From Stylophora pistillata (taxonomy: Eukaryota), in assembly GCF_002571385.2 (NCBI RefSeq), contig NW_019217880.1:416012-480011 (forward strand): 64,000 bases of DNA, in the 5' to 3' direction. Below the pieces are notes generated by a model. The model was not told the origin of the DNA, did not search any database, and was given only the letters and a program-made list of their open reading frames with translations. The stretch's first letter is position 1, and every line of letters begins with the position of its first letter. The position numbers and the translations under genes were made by a program. This document shows positions 24,701-35,400 of this stretch, in pieces.

Positions 24701-27700
24701 TTCAAACGCTGAGTCAATCTTGTTAACGGCCAAAGGCAAATGAGTCCTATAATCAAACAATTAAAACGATGACAATGACCGTGCGTGGAACAACGGCGTA
24801 CAACATGTTCTTTTCGCCTTCAGACATTGTCGATGTAAACAGTAAAAAAAAATTACTAAACAAGGTGGCTTGTAACAATCTTAGCTCCATGGGAGGTTCT
24901 TTATCTTGTCCTGTCGAGGATAACTTAATACTTCCCTCGGCGGGGAGGCTCGCCAACGGCCGCCATATTTAAAAAGGTCTAACAAGGAAACAATTCAGCA
25001 TTATTAACACGAATGAACTTCAATAGCTCACTATTTGCATGAACAGTATTGCTCGCTGTTGTGTTCTTTTTCCAATCCACAATAAACACTCCACTTTACT
25101 ATATTTAAGACCGGATATATGTGCGGACATCAACGTGCAGAAATCGTAAGACATATATTGGTAAATTCATCAGCCAAGCTTGAACATATCAGCAAGAGAG
25201 AGATGACGGAAATCGAGTCGTAGCGAGTTAAACACTTTATTTATTTATTTGATATTTTTTTATGTAGAGATTGAAGTCTTTCCTGCTGTAAACGGGGTTC
25301 AGATATGATTGAGAAGGGAAAACCTAAAAACATTGGAATAGGGTTTGTTAGGCAGTTATAGCACGATAAACAACTCCTGCATCTTGCTCACGGTTGAGCA
25401 TAACATATTCAAATTATCAGTGAACAGCTTAGAATAATAATTCGAATGTTCGCGTCACAGTAAGGATTATTCGAGTATTACTCACAGCCCTAATCATTTT
25501 GAAAACAGCACGTCTATGAAATTCAGGTAAAAGATTTATAGGAAACTGAAAAAAAAAAAAATTTACGACAAAACTACATTGAACATTCAGTTTCTTTCCA
25601 CCTATATTCAGGCTTCTAATACTCATGGCACCCCTATTAGTTAATGGACAACGAAATTAATACATTTGAGGTGATTCGATCGCTCTGGAAGATAATTGAA
25701 AACTAAAATAGCAGGAGCGAGCCAACTGAGGAAAGCCCTCATTCCTCACAACCAAAGCACAAAGGACAATTCCATTCATTTTAACTTATAGGTGCACAGG
25801 AAAACCACAGTTGATACTTCAACAGTTCCTAGTGCTTCAAATGTCTTTGAGTATGTATTTTTTTACTTATATTTAGAAAAATGTCCACAAAACATGCACG
25901 TAATGCAATCACTTTCCCTGTTACCCAGCCAAGTCTCCAGATACCCTATATTAGATAAAACCGACCAATTTGAAATACTATGTAATTAGTAATCATTTGG
26001 TTTATCGTTCACTTAACGCACGCATTCCCAAATACAAAACTGCACTTTCCAAGTTACAGACGTGGTAAATACAAGCATTTTTAGGGCATACAAATCCAAA
26101 TCTCTTATCTTATCTGACTATGCTGTTTGCTTTTCTCATCGGAGTCTATTAGGCTCGATCTCAACATTACTAAGTACCTCTGCCTTTAGTATTTATTTGA
26201 CCTACAGACATGAGTCTCGGAAACTGTAGTATCTATATTCGTATTTAAACTATATATAGCTCGAAATGAAAATGTATACAATATCATTCAATATCATACA
26301 CTTATTCTCTCCGCCAGAAGATTCCGATGCGGGCAAAATATTGTGACTACTGAAGCACGCATCTGAAGGAAAATCCAGAACCAGAGTTTCAGAGCTTGCA
26401 CTGAGCAACAAAAAAATAAGAAAGACCAGCCTCAATTTATATCATTGTAGAGAAAACGATAAAAAAGATTTAGTTAACCATATTTTTGTAGCTCAGGAGG
26501 TACTGAATATCCAAGTTAAAAAGTAGCAGTCGTCTTTAATAAGTTTAAAGTGACTTTCAGGATCCTTGGCTATCAGAGAATCATTATCTGCTCACCTATG
26601 TCAACTCATCTCCAAAGATTGGCTGTGGGTCGCGTCAACTAGACGCATCGCCTTTTATATTAGACGAAAGCACACGATACACTTTTAACAAACCTGTCGT
26701 ATATCAAAATTCCCTCGGGCTGCAATTCCCGGCTGAAGATCTCTACAAAGGCTAACATAGAAGCTCGTAAATCCTTAAATATTTAAGCAGGAAAACGAAA
26801 TACACATTTGTAAACATACATTTACCGCGTATAACCAAAGGTTGAGACTGACATCATCTGTAATGCCCTCCCATGCAAGTCTTCAACTTACACTTGTTAA
26901 CCTTCGCGTCCAAGGAAAAAAGACAAATCTACATAACAACAGATTAAAGAATGTCCACAATTTTTAAGCAGAAAGACAGATAACAGTTACAAACATTCAG
27001 ATGGGCGTTAAATGACAGAACTCTTTAGCTAAGGTGGGAGCCCTGAAGGTTCAAAAATGGGGGTAGGAACGTCTTTGCCAACTCACTATTTTTTTGACAA
27101 GCAAAATTTAGAACATTTAATTCTCATGAGCCTAACAGGAGCCGAGTACTTCAACGTCTTCGGTTTGATCTCACAACCTCTCCACCGCCAACACTAATGG
27201 AGTTTTAAGAAAAATCGAGAATAAGCACAAAATAGACATAGTTTCAACTAAGCCACAACCCCCCGCCGCAATGAAAATAACTTCAAAATCGCTTAAAGAA
27301 TTTGCGACGATGCAATCTCAGAAAACCAACGGATATCTAATTTTAAAAGTACAGTTTATCGTTTTTTTTATCTCTTTCCTAAAGATGCGGCCTCTGCCTT
27401 TTCGCAAGATATATATTTATGGAAACGCAATTACGTAACTTGTCAAATCCGCCCCTTATTTCATCAAGATGAGAGCACGTTTCGGAGCTAAAAATTGGTG
27501 TTTTGAGCGTTGTTATGGAGACAGTGCTTTGAAGCCAAAGTCCGCGAATGTGTATTGCGTTTGGTATCCCTTTTTCGTTAAGGACCGAGACATCTTGTCC
27601 ATAGGTGTTTCATTGATTGGACGTTGGAACTTTTATTGCGTGAAACTGTCGCCGCAACTTATTGCCCTACTCTTTAACGACCCATTAGAAGAGCCCATTG

Positions 27701-30552
27701 TCTGTAGTTTGGGAGCACGATCATTTCATTACGATCACGATTTTTGTTGCCAACAGCAAAATTGAAAGTGATCATGCCTCGAGCAAATCATTTCTTAAAG
27801 GAGATCACATTTTGGTAGAGTTACAAAGCGTACACTGAATCTCTCTCGCGTTTTATCTGTTTACTCTAGAGTTATCTCTGAACAATGGAAAGGCACGCCA
27901 AGGGGCGGGAACAACAAAAAACTTAAAGCTTTATTCGTAATTTAAGAATCTCTCTCAACTTGCCGCAGAAAAAAATCCTATCAGATTGCGCCTGCCCACT
28001 TGTTTGTTATTTTTGTAAGTGAATTCCTTTTCCGTTGCCGAAGCTTAATTGCATAGATATGGATGGCTTTTCAAAAAGGTGCGAGTTTGAATGCTTCAAA
28101 GTAGTACCTTAAGTCACGTAAACAGAATGAACTTTAAAGGAAGCATGCAATTATTACAAAAAAATACCGGTTCTCCCACCCGCAAAAACGTCAACCGTGC
28201 CACCGTTATATTGGTCGACTCTTACCTATTATCATCGTAATCTGAGTGATAATCACCCTCTCGAAACAATTTACCCTTTACTCGTTTACTTCCCATACAA
28301 GGCGACCGCAGATTACTTATGCAGAAAAAAACTGCTTGGTGGCTCTCGAAGGAGTTGAAATTTTACCACGGGAATGGTGCTGATATTGGATCTTGTTACG
28401 CTTGTCTAAGAGGCAAGACTTGTTTCGGCTCACTTTGTTGCGCGCGCCGATTGCCACCAAGACGTCGGGTTTGACATGCGTCAAAGGGAGTTTGGTTTGA
28501 CGGAGAGCAATTTAGAAGTCACGGAACTGTTGCCGTGTGTTTGTAATAGGAGTCAAAACAACATCATAGCAACTCACGAAAGCTTCCATAATTTTCTCAC
28601 GATAATTCAAACAATTCACTCATACAACTAGAATTTCATTTCTTCACTTTGTAGATTATACGGACCTTTAAAGATCAGAGAAGCAAGTGAAATGTAACGA
28701 ACAAACACGTCAAGCTCATTTACACGAAGAGTGTAACCTAAAATAGAAATTACTGTATATCTGTTCCTGGAGAGTAAACTTTCGAAAATTCAGCTTTGTA
28801 AACGCCTACATAATTTCCCAGAAATAAAATTCCTTAAGCGAAATAAAATGAAAGGCGGTAAGGACAAAAAAAAAGCGCAAGGAACTAAATTAATTCACGC
28901 TTTTTGTGCTGTGCAACTATTTAATTTCTCCTGGTGAAATTTTAAGGTAGAATGGTGAACATATACATCAAGGGAATTAATTCGCCAGTTCAAACGAGCA
29001 TGAAAAGAATGAGGGCAGGGAAATTTAAGAACTCGGAGTAAAGACTCAAGCAATCGCTCTTGAAGCATTGGCGAAAACGCTCAATTGGGAACTACTCCTT
29101 TCAAACGGCAAAAGCATGCTTTTTAGTGGTTTTCGCTGGCTTTTACTTAGTAAATCGGTAAAACTGATCCAAAGAAGATAGGAGTAATCTAACATCATAA
29201 ACACAAAGGTAGTCTTGTCCCATATCTTTATTTAACAATGATGAACTGTTATCTAAATACATTTGCGTTCTACGATCGGCTCCTACTGCCTTCCGCTCGT
29301 CGGGTTCTCTTAAGAGTTAATAAAACGCTCTCGTGAGCACAAAGTAAAGCAATGAAAAAAACTATAAGTCTATTTACATGGCGATTTTCATCTATCTAAA
29401 ATTGGATCTAGTACTAAAGAACTTTTACGCCGTTTGCGGAAGCGGCGATGGTGCGAAATGGCCCTAGCGAACAAAATTTTAACACTCCTCGCTTATTTTG
29501 ATAAAAAATATATTCATTACAATAAATCGTTATAAGCTAATACATTCTCTTATCTTTCAACTTTTCAAATCTCCTTTGTAGATTTGGATGTTCTATGAAA
29601 CATATGTGTGAAGAAACGCCTTTTTCACAGCTAATTGTGTGAACCTTTTGAAAGGCACTTTTTTCTTTCTTGCTATTTCTTTTTATATTAAAAGTTTTCT
29701 TAGAAAGCTTTGTTAAAAAAAAAGGATGCTAGCTATAGTCCAAGATAATTCATTTCCAAAAGATACTTGTCAAGAATGTTTCGATTAGTGAGGAGTTTGT
29801 GCATTGAAAAACACACTGAACTCCTGATGGATAAAGAGAAAAGATAAAACGCCCGAGGACAATAACGAGTTCATTACAATTTAAAATCTTTTTGGCTTTA
29901 AAACGAGATCTTCGATGACGCTATGAAAAAGCTATGCTCTCAAAGAGACATTCAAATATTTTTAAAAGCCTCCAAACCTTACTTTACTGAGCTTTTCAAA
30001 GCCACAAGTTTCTAAATTATTTTCGAGAATTCTTGCAAACCTCAAGAGTTTTTCTTTTCGAAATAAATGGATCACTGAAAGGCAACGCGAACTAAACTTA
30101 AGTAAGCACTGAAAGGTTATTACTGAAGTAGTTTATATATTAAATACTTAGGTTTAAATGCTAGCAAATGATGGAAAAATCCCATGAGCACTGCTTTGGA
30201 GTTGATACTTAAGAAACTTTTTCCCAATGACATACCAAAAACATTATTTTATATATAGATATATATTTATTTGTGTGTATCGCATAAAGTTGATTCTCTT
30301 ACTCTTAGTGGCATAAAATTTTATAATTTTTGGTAATATAAAAATTTCAAGATTTCTTCTTTAAAAGAGCAGAAGCCATTTATAGTATTTACTTACGAGT
30401 GTATCAGTCCTTCGGTTCAAGGCAAATGGTTTGAAACCGTCTCAGTGTCTCTTGCGAGGAGATTGACCTTTGTAATGGTCACAAAGTTTCATCTGCTACC
30501 TTTGAAGCAGCAGTAAAGTTCTCATTAAATTAGAGTTCTCAGCTAGTGAAAA

Positions 30553-32262
30553 TTATCCTATCCCAGCAATTGCCTTGATTTCCCTCATGATTCTGCCGAT
30601 AGAGTTTTTGCCCATGGGCACTTTATTGAACCAGATATCTCCCTTAGGCTTGTGCTTGGGGGTGAGATAAAACGACGAGATACCAGGTGGACGGTGACGG
30701 AGGTACACCTCGAACGCACGCACGGGATCTCGTTCGCTTCCATCGGTGGCCGCTACCCGGGCTTTGCACTTTTTCTTGCTTCTAGGGTTGTCTTTCTCGT
30801 CGTCCGCCCTTGGTCTCTTATTCGAACCAGCTTTCATGTGGTCAATAATGATCTTACCGTCTGGGCCGCGAGAGATGCGAAAGTCATCGATGCTTAGGTC
30901 ATGGTGGGCCATGCGTCCTCTTATTCCATGACTGACTGTGTTAATCCACCACTGAAGGCGCAATAAAGGTCTCGGTGCGTGCACGCCAATGGCTCCCGAG
31001 GCCCACATTCTCTCCAACTGCTCCTCGGTAATGCTTTCAACCACGTTTGGGTGGTTTCCTTTCCCTTTGCGCTTGAGCTCATTTCTCTTTGACACCAAGC
31101 CATAGTTGACTACATCGAATTCTCGATCGGCCAAATCGAAGTTTTCTACAGCGGGAGGACACTTTCTTTCGAGAAAATATCTCCTCAGACCATTTCTGTA
31201 CGTTGTCAGCGTCACAGGTTCGTATTCGTTTCCTTCTTTACCAGGCCGCGTGTCGCGAATTTCGAGAAAGAAATCTTTCAACATTTCAAGGGCCATTTGG
31301 CGTGTTACAGTGTTCATGTCGATGGACTTGCCGTACTTGTCTTTGTACCACTTCTTGAGGCGACGTACCGACGTTTTGGTCCCTTCTACTGTGTTTTTAC
31401 AACGGTTAGCATCGTCAACATCTTCAACGTCGTGGGCGTCCGCTCTGTTGGTGCCTTGTGGCTTTTGACGGTCGATAATTTGAGGCCTGTGGCTGCTGGG
31501 AACCGGGGGAAAAATTCGGCTGTCGTCTGACTTTGAAAAACCGTGATTATCTTGAATGGATTCTGGCGTATCAAAGGGCGGGAAGCCGGGAAACGGTCGG
31601 TAAAACTGCGGGGCTTTTGAATCGTTGCTTACCGGTGTTTGATGAATGTAAGTGTACATCGATTGAGAGGCTGGATCTGGGAAAGAAGGATTTAAGTTGG
31701 GGCCGTAAATCGAACGCATGATGTTTGGTTTGTTGGGCTGTAGTGCACTCGATATGCTTGAGATGGCAGAACTTGGATTTAGGTGAAATCGAGGTTCTTG
31801 TTCGTTCTTTATATTGAAATCCATAGGACTCGCGAATGGCATGTCCCTTGAATAAGAGTCCGCTTCAGAAGTGACGGGGTCGGAGAAAAAATTGGACGAT
31901 TGCAGCGGCGGAATCGCGGTGTGTAAAGAACTATGTTGTTGTTGTGTGCATCCAAGCGTCGTAGTCCCCGAGGTAAGATAAGGTTCATTCATTGCGGCCA
32001 CAGAAATTGGAAGCTCGTTCTCTCCAATGTCGGAGATGTCTTCTATTCCATTGCTCATATCCATGTGGCGACCACCATGATCGTCACTAACGCTCTTGCT
32101 GGCATAATCTCCGGCCCTGAAAATGTTCGAAATTGTGCTGGGAAAACGTGCATTAGGAAAGCGAGCATTAAAATTTTCCGGGTTGCGTAGATGAGGCGGA
32201 ATACTAAAATCTTGACCAAGTTCGAACGGTGGCAAACCAAACGTACTCATGGCACCGTCCAT
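30553..32262 (-). CDS. Crypton tyrosine-recombinase-derived (DUF3504-like; KIAA1958/ZMYM/QRICH1/KCTD1-related domain) nuclear protein, predicted catalytically dead
   Basis: Single 569-aa ORF. The first ~280 aa are Pro/Ser-rich low complexity. The C-terminal half has NTxxxTxxxV..W, LKDFFLEIR..G..YEPVTL..YRNGLRRY, LKRKGKG..PN, LERMWASGAIG..P..L, GIRGR..H, DPV..F..Y..RP, FYL.P, WF.KVPMGKNSI..IM, typical of Crypton/DUF3504. It ends at AGIG* before HSxR and the catalytic Tyr. Confidence 0.85.
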   Translation of the reverse strand: MDGAMSTFGLPPFELGQDFSIPPHLRNPENFNARFPNARFPSTISNIFRAGDYASKSVSDDHGGRHMDMSNGIEDISDIGENELPISVAAMNEPYLTSGTTTLGCTQQQHSSLHTAIPPLQSSNFFSDPVTSEADSYSRDMPFASPMDFNIKNEQEPRFHLNPSSAISSISSALQPNKPNIMRSIYGPNLNPSFPDPASQSMYTYIHQTPVSNDSKAPQFYRPFPGFPPFDTPESIQDNHGFSKSDDSRIFPPVPSSHRPQIIDRQKPQGTNRADAHDVEDVDDANRCKNTVEGTKTSVRRLKKWYKDKYGKSIDMNTVTRQMALEMLKDFFLEIRDTRPGKEGNEYEPVTLTTYRNGLRRYFLERKCPPAVENFDLADREFDVVNYGLVSKRNELKRKGKGNHPNVVESITEEQLERMWASGAIGVHAPRPLLRLQWWINTVSHGIRGRMAHHDLSIDDFRISRGPDGKIIIDHMKAGSNKRPRADDEKDNPRSKKKCKARVAATDGSERDPVRAFEVYLRHRPPGISSFYLTPKHKPKGDIWFNKVPMGKNSIGRIMREIKAIAGIG

Positions 32263-32319
32263 TCTTTTTTACTTTAAACCTGTTTCGAGGTGTTTTACAC
32301 CTTCATCCTCGAAGCATCT

Positions 32320-32432
32320 GAATGACAGATTTCGCTTCCGCGCGCGTATTTATACCCCCTACGTAACGATGTGGACAGTCTTTTAGTGGGCCCATTGTTT
32401 TCGTGAATTTATGTATTTCCTGTGTTACGTAC
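32320..32432 (-). promoter_or_regulatory. Pol II core promoter of the Crypton-derived gene: TATA, Initiator and two bZIP-like sites
   Basis: Minus-strand TATAAATA (32354-32347) lies 31 nt upstream of the A in TCATTC (Inr, +1 about 32323). GTTACGTAG at 32367-32359 and GTTACGTAC at 32424-32432. Confidence 0.65.
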
Positions 32433-35400
32433 ATTTGGTAGCTCAATTAATACTTAATGACTATCCTCTTGGGAGAAGTCACTTTTAATCTGTAATTTGC
32501 TGACTCTTGAAGTCTAAATCTAATTATATTGTGAATTCATTCAAGCGAACTATAAAAAGCAAAGTATTATTCGCTGTTCAAAAATGGGTGGAGCGTTATT
32601 ATGCCATTGACAATTGGACTCTTCAACGATCGTTATGTAGCCTGCGTCGACCATTTGTGGAACGCAAAAATGAAAACGGGCATTGTTTGGCTTCTAAGAC
32701 AAGGGCTTACATTCTTATCACGGTTTTTACACCGTTTAGGCTTTACTATGCGTGGGGTTTACAGCTAGCAAAGTGATCTCCGCTCGAGAAAGAAGAGTTT
32801 TCCTCGAGACCAAGTTTAGCAAACACTGCCAACAGGTGTCACGAAATTAAAAGAAGAGATAGATAACGTTTGCGTGGCTTCCGAAATTTATCACACGTCA
32901 ACACACACTTTTATTGTGGCAAATGGAAATGAGATTCTTTTCAACGTTTTCTACTGGTTGGTTTAGGTAATGGAAAAATCGCGCCCCCATAAGCACAAAC
33001 AAGACAACCTTATTTACATAACGCACTTAGTTTGCGAATGATTAATGACGACAGGTTGACAAGCAAGGTGTCGAAAATGCTCTCTTGAGAAGACATTATC
33101 AGCAAAGAGAACAATGGCTCGACTTTAAACTTTTGTGTCCCAACGAAATGGAAACGAATAAATTCTAATTTCTCTCTTTTCCTGTGAACGTGCCTCATGT
33201 AAATGTATTTTGCTCCGGGCTCTACTAACTTCATTCATGCTAAATTTCAACATCCGCGCCTTCCAGAGTCTTGGTAAAAAGTTTTCGTTTCTCGACTCGA
33301 GTCTTCCAGTGTAATCTTCAGTTATAGTAAAACAAAAGGGAATTTTCGTTAATTTAATCAGCAGTTTACAATAAAAGCGCCCAGCGGATTTTGTATATAC
33401 AACAAATTAGCCATTGTCAGGTTAAAAGTCGAAGGCGGAGAATGGCTATAAAACCCTTCCACAAGATCAGAAGAGTTTTCGCAGCTTAGCATCAGCTAGA
33501 GCTATGCGTAAGCTGCACTGTGGTGACCCCGCAAGGGGAGAATAAACTACAATTTGGACCATCAATTTTGCCGTACGACACTGCAATCCATTTCATTTGT
33601 CTTTGCGGTTGTTTTTCAAAAGATGCTCGTGTGAAAGCTGTCAGCAAATCCACTTACACGGATGACTTACGAATCGACTTAACCTGAATGGACACCACGA
33701 TCTGAGGTAACTAATGAGAGTGTAATTCATCGCTGATTATTTTTGTTCACACGCGCAAATCGCGGTCTAAACACAACGATACATAGCTCTGCGTTGGTAG
33801 ATTGCTCTTTAGAGCTGAAATATGATAAAAATAGCAAAAGGTTCCACTGTTGATTAATTCGCACTGGATGACGAAAGCAAACGATTAATATAGATTCCTA
33901 TTCGCTAAGTCATCCAAATGGGGTCGAAATCATTGACCCTGATAAGTGGTTGGCAATTCGGGCTCTGCAAATCACGCACGGCTACAAAAGGAACTCATAG
34001 CTTGCATTCTTGAAACGAAAATTCCTAACTATCAAAAATTAGTTCTAGTTGAAGTAAAACTTGAAAATAATCATCTAAAAGGCTTGGCTTATCTCCAGAA
34101 TTATTGGGGATAATAACTGTTGATTTCATATCCCTGCGAGTGTTTCCAGATCGAAAAGTCCAGAATACACTCTACAAAGTACTTTACTAATATTTACAAA
34201 AAGTGGAACACAACTAATAATGGTTTTAGACTTGTGAAAATAATTAAAAATCCTGTTTGCAAAAACTTCACTAGTTATCTGTTTACATGTTACAATACGA
34301 CCATTTATTTAGTAAGGTGTGTAAAAGATTCCGCTTATACTCAAACTAGATAAGCAAAAGTCTTGCAAGAGATCAAGATTACATAATATACAAAACTCGA
34401 TAAAAGGAAAAGTAAAGTCGAAAAAAGTTTAGTAACCAATTTCTTATATAAAACAAATAAACAATATACTGATAATGTTCCCAAAAAGCGTTGGCTTTTT
34501 CTTGTGGCCGGATGAATGAAGTCTAAAAAAGGACTCGTTTCGAGATGCGGTTTGTAGAAGGGCGGATCGTGAGAATTTTCGATCCACGGAATCCGATGGG
34601 AAGATATGTACAAGTGGTCGGATGATAATTTAACGCAGACAATTTCCTGTAGAAATAGATGGCATAAAACCACTCACTAGTTGGACACATTTTATTCTTC
34701 TTTTCAGAAATTGAGAAATCTAGTTTATTTTTTTCTCGATGAAGCAGTTTCTTTAATAAGGACCTTGGCTTAACAGAATTTAACAGAAAAACGAAATTGT
34801 GGGGTTCGCACAATTCATATCCAGCAACAGCATGGTTTACAAAAAATTCACGCTGAACCAAACGAGCTCATTTTGTAATTTGGCGTCCCCGGTAATATTA
34901 AAACAACAAAAGTTACAGCTCAGACTGAGAAACCCTGGGACATTATGCATACGCCACTGAGCTGAGTTGAGGAAATGTGGAGTAACTGCACGTCGGCCAA
35001 GAAATATCCTACGCCACCTAAGTCAGCTCCTGAATTTCTCACAATTCGCTGTCAAAACGAGACTATGTACAAGGAAAACCAAAACTATCCATACAGCCTT
35101 CGTTTGGCCCTCTGTCTATTTCAAGTAACTCCAGTAAGGCACAATATCAGTATTGTTCCGATCAACGATTGAAACGATATCCTTTAATCGAAGGTTAACT
35201 TATGTGTACAATTTTACGCCTTGGGGCGACGGAATTGATTTTCTCGCTGAAACAGAGTCGACTATGATTTCAGGTAAGTTTAATTGATACAACAAATCAA
35301 GGATTTCAAGTGATTTCGAGAATCTTCAGTGATAGCCTAGATTTTCATAGATTTTCGACCGTGCACCAGTTGTTGCTGTTCCTTCGTTAGCTGAAAGAAT

